From Candidatus Micrarchaeota archaeon (lineage in GTDB: Archaea; Micrarchaeota; Micrarchaeia; Anstonellales; Anstonellaceae), in NCBI GenBank assembly GCA_964392435.1, contig CAYMOY010000002.1, positions 247,261-311,260 of the forward strand: a stretch of 64,000 nucleotides of DNA, in the 5' to 3' direction. Below the pieces are notes generated by a model that saw only the letters and a list, made by a program, of their open reading frames with translations, had not been told where the DNA came from and ran no database searches. Made by a program: the position numbers and the translations under genes. Positions 16,202-24,280 of the stretch are shown here, one piece after another (the stretch's first letter is position 1; each line of letters starts with the position of its first letter).

Positions 16202-16945
16202 TTACCCTATCTGCAGCGCCTGCTCCATCCTTCTTATCCTGCAAAGGGCTGAAAGAGCAGCCAAAGCCGAGGTTTTCGGGTTCTCCCCCGAGGGCTCGTT
16301 TTCAAATTCGAAAACCATTCTCCCCGCAGAGGAAACAACAGTTATCCTGTGCTTGTTTTTGCTGGCTGACGGGTCGCTTATTATCCTGACCCTTGTCCTG
16401 TCAAAACCTACCCCGGCAAGGGCAAGGGTGGCAGAAACATTGATGTTTTTCGGGTAAATGCGGCATGCCTCCTTGGCGCTGCCATCGAAGACAACAGTTC
16501 GTTTCCTGTCTTTTCTGCCAAGCGCGTGCGGGGGCTTGGATGTTTCCAAAATCACCTGTTCTATGCCGCTTGAAACAGCCGAAATGGCGTCCAACCCGCC
16601 TATCGCCCCGGAGGGCAGGTAAATCTTCCTCCGATGCTTTTTTGCAGCGTTCACCAGGCTTTTGCAAAGTTTTTCATCCGCGAGGGCTCCAACCGACATC
16701 ACCATGACATCACAGTGCCTCAAGCATCCGGCCAAAAGCGGCACGGCGCCCTGCTCGGCGGCTTCCACCACCAAATCCGCGCCGCCGCACTTGCTAGGGA
16801 GGCTGCCTAGCAAAGGGCAACGCAAGCCAGCAGTGCGCATTTCCCCATGTACATCTCGGCGGTCAACCACCCAGGCTATGCTGCGCGCCAAATTCTTTCC
16901 CAGATACCCCCCAATGCTCCCAAAGCCGATAAGGCCGATTCTCAT
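16202..16945 (-). CDS. nadX: L-aspartate dehydrogenase
   Basis: MRIGLIGFGSIGGYLGKNL Rossmann N-terminus and NadX-like length. Start at ATG 16945; the track ORF begins at TTG 16975. Confidence 0.7.
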   Translation of the reverse strand: MRIGLIGFGSIGGYLGKNLARSIAWVVDRRDVHGEMRTAGLRCPLLGSLPSKCGGADLVVEAAEQGAVPLLAGCLRHCDVMVMSVGALADEKLCKSLVNAAKKHRRKIYLPSGAIGGLDAISAVSSGIEQVILETSKPPHALGRKDRKRTVVFDGSAKEACRIYPKNINVSATLALAGVGFDRTRVRIISDPSASKNKHRITVVSSAGRMVFEFENEPSGENPKTSALAALSALCRIRRMEQALQIG

Positions 16946-16989
16946 GTTTCCACCCATCAACTCAATTTCCGCCAAAGTCCTTCAGATGG

Positions 16990-17481
16990 CTAAAACCTTG
17001 CCTCTGCAGCCAAAAGATCGTCCTTGCGCTTGCCCGCCAGCTCGCATTTCCTTTTCTGATAGATGCAATGCAGCTTTTCAACGCTGCGCCTGTCTATTTT
17101 TATCTTGCCTCCGTGGGGGCGCAACGCCCCTGAAAATGTCTTAGGGATGTGCATCAGCTCATGTATGAGGACCTTTTCCTTTTCCTGCTCTGGCAGCGAG
17201 TCGTAATGCTGGCTGAGCACCTCTATTATGTAAAAAGTGCCGACTGAAAGCGCCTTCTGCCAAATGTCCGGCAGGTTCCATATCCGCGCATAGGCATTTG
17301 CCGTGGCATTTTTCGAGCGCATGCAAATAAGCCTAAATTCGTTTATGTGCCCCATATGGTGCGCGCCCCCGGCTCTCATCATGTGGCCGACTGCCGCATG
17401 CCATTCGTTCTCCTCGTAAGATAGCACATCCACAATCTGTTTGACCTTTGCCTCGACATCAGGTGCCATCTCAACATCCAT
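16990..17481 (-). CDS. Predicted zinc metallopeptidase (HExxH protein, WLM/SprT-like or DUF45-like)
   Basis: VLIHELMHIPKTFSGALRPHG contains an HExxH motif; 163 aa; leaderless relative to the shared TATA. Confidence 0.45.
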   Translation of the reverse strand: MDVEMAPDVEAKVKQIVDVLSYEENEWHAAVGHMMRAGGAHHMGHINEFRLICMRSKNATANAYARIWNLPDIWQKALSVGTFYIIEVLSQHYDSLPEQEKEKVLIHELMHIPKTFSGALRPHGGKIKIDRRSVEKLHCIYQKRKCELAGKRKDDLLAAEARF

Positions 17482-17502
17482 GTTTTGGTTTTGACGCGAT
17501 GG

Positions 17503-17511
17503 CTTTTATAC
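17503..17511. promoter_or_regulatory. Shared symmetric TATA (cttttatac) between divergent metallopeptidase and DHH genes
   Basis: Centre 17507. ATG 17481 (minus) and ATG 17533 (plus) are each 26 nt away. Confidence 0.5.
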
Positions 17512-17532
17512 GTGCTTTGCGCATTTTGCGTG

Positions 17533-18918
17533 ATGCAACAAGGGCAGTCCGCCTGGCGCCAAGTGGGGCATCCGGCGACTCGTCGCATCGGCATCGTGGG
17601 CTCTATGGGGAACGAGCAAGCATTCTTTGCAAGATGCGCCGAGGCTTTCCAAACAGCTTCGACCATGGATAATCCGCTGATTGTGCACCACTACGACTGT
17701 GATGGGATAACCTCGGGGTCCATCGTAGCCTATTGGTTCGAATCTTGCGGCAAGCCATATAGAATGAAAACCGTGCGTAAAGCGGACGAAGTCCTGGTTT
17801 CCTCGCTCAAGTCGGAGCCAAACCTGATTTTTGTCGACCTGGGCAGCGGCTTATCGGCGCTTGACCAGCTTGAAGGGCAGGTGGTGGTGATAGACCATCA
17901 CCAGCCCCAATGCAAAGCGCACCTGCAGGCAAACCCCCACCTGTTCGGTTTTGACGGGGGCAGTGAACTGTCAGCATCTGGTTGCGCCTATTTCGTTTTC
18001 AAATGCTGCCCTGACCTGGGGGTTACTGGCGCAGTCGGGGACATACAATATCCTCTGCGCAGCCTCAACAAAAAGATGCTTGATAAGGCAATCGAACAAA
18101 AGCAAGTGGAGGTTTCAATCGATTTGCGGCTTTTCGGCAGGAACAGCCGCCCCCTGGTGCAGCTTCTTGGATATGCGGACGATCCATACCTGCCCGGTCT
18201 GACTGGCAACGAAAGCGCCTGCGCTGACCTGCTTGCGGACCTTGGGATTCCCGTCAATCAAGAAGAACGATGGCGCACCTACGGCGATCTTTCCCTAGCG
18301 GAAAAAACGAGATTGGTCTCCTCGCTTGCAGACCTATTATCCGCGCGCTTTTCCCCGGATGCGGCGCAAAGGCTTACCGGCGAAGTCTACACCCTGCTTT
18401 CTCGGCCGCCAAAAACCGAGCTTTCAGACGCTTCTGAGTTTTCCACGCTTCTCAACGCATGCGGCAGGAACGGAAGGCACGAACTAGGCGTGGCGGTCTG
18501 CCTGGGCCGTCAAGGCGCCTATGAGCAATCCAGGCTGCTCCTGGCCGAGCACCGGCGCAACCTGCGCGAGGGGATGTCCTTTGCGCAGCAACATGTGCAG
18601 GATTTGGGGAGGTTCCTTCTGGTGGACGGCAGAGGCGTAATACCCGACTCGATAATAGGCGTGGTTGCGGGCATGCTTTTCCCTGGAGGCAGGACCAAGC
18701 CGGTTCTGGCGCTTTCCACCGAAGAATCAGGCAGCATCAAGCTTTCCACGCGCGGCACCCGCAAGCTGGTCGAGGCAGGTCTCAATCTGGGGCAAATCCT
18801 CTCTGAATCATGCGCAGCGGTGGGCGGCACCGGCGGCGGGCACAACATAGCCGCGGGCGCGTCAATCCCCCCCAACAAGCTGGATGACTTCCTGAAGGAG
18901 TTCGCAAAACGGCTTTAA
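17533..18918 (+). CDS. DHH/DHHA1 family phosphoesterase (RecJ/GAN/Cdc45-like nuclease)
   Basis: Motif I HYDCDGITSG; motif III VIDHHQP; DHHA1 motif GGGHNIAAGASIP. Start set at ATG 17533 (leaderless). The track ORF begins at TTG 17485, only 3 nt from the divergent gene. Confidence 0.7.
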   Translation: MQQGQSAWRQVGHPATRRIGIVGSMGNEQAFFARCAEAFQTASTMDNPLIVHHYDCDGITSGSIVAYWFESCGKPYRMKTVRKADEVLVSSLKSEPNLIFVDLGSGLSALDQLEGQVVVIDHHQPQCKAHLQANPHLFGFDGGSELSASGCAYFVFKCCPDLGVTGAVGDIQYPLRSLNKKMLDKAIEQKQVEVSIDLRLFGRNSRPLVQLLGYADDPYLPGLTGNESACADLLADLGIPVNQEERWRTYGDLSLAEKTRLVSSLADLLSARFSPDAAQRLTGEVYTLLSRPPKTELSDASEFSTLLNACGRNGRHELGVAVCLGRQGAYEQSRLLLAEHRRNLREGMSFAQQHVQDLGRFLLVDGRGVIPDSIIGVVAGMLFPGGRTKPVLALSTEESGSIKLSTRGTRKLVEAGLNLGQILSESCAAVGGTGGGHNIAAGASIPPNKLDDFLKEFAKRL

Positions 18919-18938
18919 GCAAAAAAGTAGCCCAGTTC

Positions 18939-21311
18939 TCAATCAGTTTTTGCCTTTTTCTGCACCTTCTGCCTCTTCAGGGGCGGCTGGGCTTGCGGCT
19001 TGCTGCCATCCTCGCTCCCGCCAGAGCTGGTCTTTTCTGCATCAACAATAGTGTCTGCAAGCTCTTTTTCAACAAGCCCCCAAAATATCTTCTGCCACTT
19101 CCTGTCAGCTGCGCCCCAGTCCACTTCCCCCTCTTCAGCCTCCAGGCCCTTGAGCATATTGTTTGCGGCGGTATTGCATTTGAGGACAAAATCCAGCTCC
19201 AGGAAAGGCGGGTGGGCATGCGTCTTTGCCGCCTCGGTTATCTGGGAATATAGTTTGCCTTTGAAAAAGGCCTCCATGATGTACTGCTGCGGGGGGATTC
19301 CCGTCTCATCGCACCTGCGCACCAGCGCCGGTGGGGTGAATTTGAGTTTGAGGCTCTTTGCTATCCTGCCAAGGTCTGCATTGGAAAGGGAGACTGCCTC
19401 GGCCTCAGGCAAATCCAGAAAAAGGCATTTGAGTTTCGTTGCCTCTGCATCCGCTCCGCGTTCAAGGGCGAAAACTTGAACGAACTTGTGCTCGGTGAGC
19501 TCGGTTTCGTATTGCGAGCCGAGCATGCGGTATACCCTGCTCTTGCGCCCGAATCGCATTTTCTTCAGGAAAGAATACCTGTCGGTGGAATACATGGATG
19601 CGGCAGGAACTCCGAAAACAAGCTCGAGGCGGTCCTGCACGTCTTTTAGCGACTGCGCATGCAGGTTGTAGAGCAGGAAAATGCCAGGCTGGGTGTTAAG
19701 CATGTTGATCACGCCCTGTATCGCCAGGCGCGAGCGGATTTCGTTTATGATGACGCAGGCATCTCCCATCCGCAGCGCTGCGTTGGTCATGGATACCAAG
19801 TCCAGCTCATTGGTCTGCCCGACATCCTCCCTGTCCGAGGCTTGCACCTGCACCGCGCCTATGTGGAAGCCGCGCTTGCGGTAAGCCTTGGTGGGTATTT
19901 CCTCAATGTCCTGGATGGGCAATATCCTTTTCTTGGTGCCTATCGCCGCGATTTTCGCGGATGTGAATGCGGTTTTCCCCACCCCCTTAAGGCCCAAGAC
20001 AGCCTCTGAGCAGCCAAGCGAGACCATCACGTCATCGTATCCGGCAAAGAATGGGCTCATGGAATTAAGCCGAAGGTACATCGGGTAGGTAAATGGCTGG
20101 TCGCGCATTATCCTGAGTGCGCCTTGCAATTCGCCAAACGTGGCTGGGGGGCGCTGCAAATGGCACCTCATCGCCAGCCGAGTGAGCACCACGTCCACAA
20201 CAGGCGCGTTCTTGTCGAACTTCCGGGTGCCTTTCGATGTGGCCATTATGTTCTTGAATGCCTGCTCCAGCATTTCGCGGTTATACCTCCAAAGGGTGTG
20301 GCACAGCCCGAACTTGGCGTGCTCGATGTATATCGGGGAATTTTCAGAATCGATGTAAATGTCGGTGATGTTTTCCCGGTCAAGCGCCATGTTCTCTATG
20401 GGCGCCCCCAGGCCAACCACCCAAGCGGCGGCTTCCCTGCCCATGGCAAATGCCTCCTCCTGGGTTATTGGCGTTTTTTCCAGCGAAGCTCTGTCTATGA
20501 ATTGCTGTGCAAACTCGCGGCTCCGGTCATCATAAATGGTTGTGTAATCTGTGGTCTGCCGGGTCTCCTTCAAGCCCTCTTGTATGGCGGCTTTAAGCAT
20601 TTCCTGAAGCTGCGGGGCAAGCGCTTCGATTGTCGGCGATTCTATCGTGTAAAGTCTGGCCTCTCCGCCGGGCAATTCATAAATTCTGGTTTTCATGCCA
20701 TATGGCAAATCATAGCCCGCGTCATGCCCTGCGAGTGCGACCGCCCCCTCGGGCACCGCCAGCATGAAGTTTTGCATGAAAAGCAGGCTGCGCAGCCCCA
20801 GCAGCGCCAGAAAAGCAGCCCGCAGATCCCCTGTTTTTTGGCAAAGAACATAAAGGGAAGACTTGGAATACGCGTCCAATATCCCGTTTATCCAAGCCTG
20901 GAATCCCCGGTAGCCTTCCACAAACACCGCTTTTTGGGGGTAAGGCTCATTGTAATCCTTGAGCACCTGCGCAGCAACCATGGGGCTCATGAACATGTAT
21001 TCGTAGAAATCCTTGAGCGCCTTCTTGCGCTGCAGATAGTAGTCGTCTTCCGGCTTTCCGTAGGTTTTTGGATTCAGCATTATCGCTTCGACCTGGCGTA
21101 TCAGCCCGTCGTACTCCGAGATTATCGCCGATTTTTCCTCATCCAGCTCAATCACTACTTCCTCCTCATAGCGCATGGTTTTCCAAAGCTTGGGCAGCGC
21201 GGAGGTCGCCCTCAGGTGTGAGTTTATGCACTGAGGGGTGGTCAGTCCAAGCCCGCACGTCGGGCAGTCCATTACGAGGCGGTTGCCCTGATAATCCGGT
21301 CTGCAGCCCAT
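18939..21311 (-). CDS. FlaI/VirB11/GspE-class secretion ATPase with N-terminal zinc ribbon and long C-terminal extension (orphan)
   Basis: N-terminal CPTCG...C..H. FlaI-like N-domain ITDIYIDSENSPIYIEHAKFG...VVDVVLTRLAMRCHLQRPPAT. Walker A GLKGVGKT. Walker B/Asp box DACVIINEIRS. His box LLYNLHAQS. 790 aa with a Lys-rich tail. Confidence 0.55.
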   Translation of the reverse strand: MGCRPDYQGNRLVMDCPTCGLGLTTPQCINSHLRATSALPKLWKTMRYEEEVVIELDEEKSAIISEYDGLIRQVEAIMLNPKTYGKPEDDYYLQRKKALKDFYEYMFMSPMVAAQVLKDYNEPYPQKAVFVEGYRGFQAWINGILDAYSKSSLYVLCQKTGDLRAAFLALLGLRSLLFMQNFMLAVPEGAVALAGHDAGYDLPYGMKTRIYELPGGEARLYTIESPTIEALAPQLQEMLKAAIQEGLKETRQTTDYTTIYDDRSREFAQQFIDRASLEKTPITQEEAFAMGREAAAWVVGLGAPIENMALDRENITDIYIDSENSPIYIEHAKFGLCHTLWRYNREMLEQAFKNIMATSKGTRKFDKNAPVVDVVLTRLAMRCHLQRPPATFGELQGALRIMRDQPFTYPMYLRLNSMSPFFAGYDDVMVSLGCSEAVLGLKGVGKTAFTSAKIAAIGTKKRILPIQDIEEIPTKAYRKRGFHIGAVQVQASDREDVGQTNELDLVSMTNAALRMGDACVIINEIRSRLAIQGVINMLNTQPGIFLLYNLHAQSLKDVQDRLELVFGVPAASMYSTDRYSFLKKMRFGRKSRVYRMLGSQYETELTEHKFVQVFALERGADAEATKLKCLFLDLPEAEAVSLSNADLGRIAKSLKLKFTPPALVRRCDETGIPPQQYIMEAFFKGKLYSQITEAAKTHAHPPFLELDFVLKCNTAANNMLKGLEAEEGEVDWGAADRKWQKIFWGLVEKELADTIVDAEKTSSGGSEDGSKPQAQPPLKRQKVQKKAKTD

Positions 21312-21403
21312 GCACCAGCATTCGCATTCGGGCTTTTAATCCCTATCGTAATGCGGCCAATTCTCTTCTGGCAAAAGCTGGCTGCAAATAAAAAAAACCA
21401 CAA

Positions 21404-21464
21404 CAGCCCGGTTGGCGAACCTGGGAAACCCCCAGCCCGCGCCTTTCGGAGCGGGTCCGGGCTG
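21404..21464 (+). other. GC-rich structured element: an 8-bp closing stem enclosing two hairpins. It is part of the terminator region of the gene ending at 21500, or possibly a small RNA.
   Basis: cagcccgg...ccgggctg forms the closing stem. Inner hairpins are ctggg-aaacc-cccag and cccgc-gcctttcgga-gcggg. It is flanked by A/T runs. Confidence 0.25.
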
Positions 21465-21471
21465 ATGTCTC

Positions 21472-21486
21472 AAAAAGAAAAAAAAG
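21472..21486 (-). terminator. Oligo-T tract on the minus strand immediately after the stop of the 21500..21715 gene
   Basis: Plus-strand aaaaagaaaaaaaag corresponds to TTTTTTTTTCTTTTT on the minus strand, beginning 14 nt after the stop codon. A second T8 run lies at 21391-21398. Confidence 0.35.
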
Positions 21487-21499
21487 TTTTCAGCACAAT

Positions 21500-21715
21500 T
21501 CAAGCATTCTTCAACTTCGCCTTGTAGACGTAGCCGTCCTTCCCAAGGTAGTACATGAAGCCGCTCTGCTTGGCTATTTTCTCAGTTCCCACCTTGCCCT
21601 TGCGGCCGCCCTTGTTGTGCTTCATAGGCGCTTTCCAGACATAGCCATCCTTTCCGATGAAATACAGGTAGCCGTCTTCGCGCTTTATTTTCTCGCTTCC
21701 GATTTTCTGTCCCAT
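21500..21715 (-). CDS. Small basic protein (72 aa) with two tandem Gly/Tyr/Lys repeats. Possibly nucleic-acid-binding, with a Cren7/Sso7d-like flavour; this is inference.
   Basis: MGQKIGSEKIKREDGYLYFIGKDGYVWKAPMKHNKGGRKGKVGTEKIAKQSGFMYYLGKDGYVYKAKLKNA. GGAGGTG Shine-Dalgarno 6 nt upstream of ATG 21715. TATA aatttataaatatatc at 21771-21786. The track ORF extends to 21880 with an implausible N-terminus. Confidence 0.5.
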   Translation of the reverse strand: MGQKIGSEKIKREDGYLYFIGKDGYVWKAPMKHNKGGRKGKVGTEKIAKQSGFMYYLGKDGYVYKAKLKNA

Positions 21716-21939
21716 TACAGACACCTCCAAAATAGATACGGGGTTGTTCCCGTCGTGTCTTCGTCGGCACAATTTATAAATATATCTACGACGGAGAAAC
21801 GTCGGAAAAGCAACCAACCCAAATCCCTCCTGGCGCGCCGATGTCCTGCCGTGCATTGTGCAAAGGCGGATTTGGCGCAACCAGCCTCTTCTTTTAATAT
21901 TCCTTCGGTCACTTCATCTGCGCACCAGAGGAATCGGAT

Positions 21940-23265
21940 ATGGACTTGGGTCGGAGCCTTCGCCAGGCACTTGCGAAATTCACGGGCGCTCCGGTCGCCG
22001 ACGAAAAGGCGGTCAAGGCGCTTTGCCGCGAGCTGCAGCGCGTGCTGATTTCATCTGACGTGAATGTGAAGCTGGTTTTCGAGCTGACAAAAAAGATAGA
22101 GGCTCGCGCGCTTGACTCCAAGCTGGCGAAGGGGCTTTCCTTGCGCGAGCACGTGGTCAAGGTGGTCTATGAGGAGCTTGCGTCTATGGTGGGCAGCCAC
22201 TATGAGCCAAAAATATCCCCGCACAAGGTGCTGCTGCTCGGGCTTTACGGGAGCGGCAAAACCACCACCGCCGGCAAGCTGGCGCACTTCTACAAAAGCA
22301 GGGGGCTCTCGGTTGCGCTGGTTTCCTGCGACACCGACCGCCCTGCGGCATATGAGCAGCTGCAGCAGGTTGCAAAATATTCGGGAGCCGCGTTCTACGG
22401 CATCAACGGGGAAAAAGACGTGCGAAAGATAATAGCTGACGCCGGGGCGAAATGGGACCAAGACATTATAATATTCGATTCTGCCGGTCGAAGCGCCTTT
22501 GATTCCCAGTTGATTGAGCAGCTCAAGCTGATAAATTCTCTTTCCGAGCCAGACGAGAAATTTCTGGTGATTTCAGCCGATATCGGCCAGATTGCGGGCA
22601 AGCAGGCAACCCAGTTCCATGAGGCGGTCGGGCTTTCAGGGGTGATAATCACCAAGATGGATGGGAGCGGCAAAGGGGGCGGCGCGCTTTCAGCGGTGGC
22701 CTCCTCCAATGCAAAAGTGGCTTTCATCGGCACGGGCGAAAAAATGGATGCGCTGGAGCCGTTTGAGGCGCAGAAATTCGTGGGCAGGCTGCTTGGTTTC
22801 CCTGACATCGGCGCGCTGATGGAAAAAGTGAAAAAAATAGCGGAGGAAGAGGCGCTTCCGAGCCAAGTGGAAGAAAAGCTCACCATGCGGGTGTTTTACG
22901 AGCAGCTGAAAGCTGCAAAAAAGCTCGGCCCACTGTCCAACGTTTTTTCAATGCTGGGGGCTGCGGATGTGCCGCAGGACATGGTGAAAACCAGCGAGGA
23001 CAAGCTCAAGAAGTTCGAAGTGATAATATCCTCAATGACTCCTGCGGAACGTGATGATGCCTCGCTTCTGCGCAAGCATCGCTCTCGCATGGCCAGGATT
23101 GCCCGGGGCTCTGGGACCAGCGAGCAGGATGTAAGGGATTTGCTCGTCCAATTCGAGCGCGTCAGCGGGCTGTTCGGCCAATTCAAAAAGAACCGTGGCT
23201 TGCGCAAAAAAATGGAGAAGATGATGAAAGGGGCGAATATCGACCTTTCAAAACTGGGAGGCTAG
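21940..23265 (+). CDS. srp54: Signal recognition particle protein SRP54
   Basis: NG domain with LLGLYGSGKTTTAGKLA, DTDRPAAYEQL and DSAGR; methionine-rich C-terminal M-domain. Confidence 0.9.
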   Translation: MDLGRSLRQALAKFTGAPVADEKAVKALCRELQRVLISSDVNVKLVFELTKKIEARALDSKLAKGLSLREHVVKVVYEELASMVGSHYEPKISPHKVLLLGLYGSGKTTTAGKLAHFYKSRGLSVALVSCDTDRPAAYEQLQQVAKYSGAAFYGINGEKDVRKIIADAGAKWDQDIIIFDSAGRSAFDSQLIEQLKLINSLSEPDEKFLVISADIGQIAGKQATQFHEAVGLSGVIITKMDGSGKGGGALSAVASSNAKVAFIGTGEKMDALEPFEAQKFVGRLLGFPDIGALMEKVKKIAEEEALPSQVEEKLTMRVFYEQLKAAKKLGPLSNVFSMLGAADVPQDMVKTSEDKLKKFEVIISSMTPAERDDASLLRKHRSRMARIARGSGTSEQDVRDLLVQFERVSGLFGQFKKNRGLRKKMEKMMKGANIDLSKLGG

Positions 23266-23324
23266 CATTTTCAAAAGAGCCTCCGGCCTTTGCTACCTGG
23301 ATAAAAATGAAGAATGCGAATGGG

Positions 23325-24074
23325 CTAAGGCATCTTTGGGGCGCCTCTTCCTGACAGGGCAAGCTCCTTGGACATCAGCTCATCTAGCACTTCTTTCGCA
23401 ATTACGCGCCGCCCGCCTATTTTTTCGTGCGGGATGCGGTTTCGGTCCAGTCTGCGCTCGAAGGCATTCCGCTTTATCCTTATGCCGCGGGATGTCATAG
23501 CCTGCACAGCATCCCCAACATCATAATAGTTCTTGCATACATGCACCAAGCTCTCTATGGCGGATTTTGGTACCCAGCGCTGGGTTCCGATTTTCAAAGA
23601 GGGAATCGAGTTTTTCTCAATCCTCCCGATGAATGCGCGCAGGTTCAGCTTCTCATGCTTTTTGAGCTCGTTGAATGCCTGCTTTACCGAATAGAATTCG
23701 TTCGCCAGGGATATCCAGTCCTGGATGACCGGTTTCGGGATAAGCCGCTTGTTGCCTATTTTTTCAGAATGGACCGAGCGCCTCTCAACGCGGCCTCCGA
23801 ATGCGCGGAATGACAAAGAGACCCCGCCGCGTCTGAGCTCATCGTATGCTTCATCCAAGGTATACAGCCCCATCCCCCTCAGGCGCTCTTTCTCCAGCTT
23901 CTCCTGCGCGTATAGGTCCTTGGCCCGGTCTACAATATTTGATATGTTCTCGTGGAGCTCCTTTTCAGTCTGTGTCCTCTTAAATTTCATGTCTGCGAGT
24001 TTGGTCGCCTTGAGCCTAGAAACCACAGGATCCTTGATTGTTTTCTCGATGACTATTCTTTTTCCACGAGGCAT
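23325..24074 (-). CDS. DNA-binding protein with three tandem excisionase/MerR-type (HTH_17-like) helix-turn-helix repeats
   Basis: Three ~35-aa repeats: FRAFGGRVERRSVHSEKIGNKRLIPKPVIQDW, LRAFIGRIEKNSIPSLKIGTQRWVPKSAIESL and RNAFERRLDRNRIPHEKIGGRRVIAKEVLDEL. They match the pattern xRAFxxRxxxxxIPxxKIGxxRxIxK. Confidence 0.55.
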   Translation of the reverse strand: MPRGKRIVIEKTIKDPVVSRLKATKLADMKFKRTQTEKELHENISNIVDRAKDLYAQEKLEKERLRGMGLYTLDEAYDELRRGGVSLSFRAFGGRVERRSVHSEKIGNKRLIPKPVIQDWISLANEFYSVKQAFNELKKHEKLNLRAFIGRIEKNSIPSLKIGTQRWVPKSAIESLVHVCKNYYDVGDAVQAMTSRGIRIKRNAFERRLDRNRIPHEKIGGRRVIAKEVLDELMSKELALSGRGAPKMP

Positions 24075-24092
24075 TCATCCCACCTTCTCGAA

Positions 24093-24127
24093 AATGGTAA
24101 TCTCATCACAATACATTATTTACCATT
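24093..24127. promoter_or_regulatory. Perfect 8-nt inverted repeat (aatggtaa N19 ttaccatt) 19-53 nt upstream of the triple-HTH gene; candidate operator
   Basis: Read directly from the sequence. Lies in the divergent promoter region shared with pus10. Confidence 0.3.
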
Positions 24128-24280
24128 CTTCCTTTAAGGCAACTTGTTTATAATACTTCTTCCAGGTCTCCCCTACAAATCTGCCTTGGCGAAAAACGAT
24201 AGGTCTGGCAACATTTAAATAGTCTTTCCAAAAGCCCAATTCTGCGTTTTGGCAACAACGAATTAATCATTTGCCATCAT

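Noticed and set aside
21404-21464. tRNA-like or SRP-RNA-like possibility for the GC-rich hairpin cluster near srp54
   Set aside because: No cloverleaf can be drawn, as the D and T arms are missing. The intergenic space of about 190 nt is too small for 7S RNA. It is kept only as an unclassified structured element.
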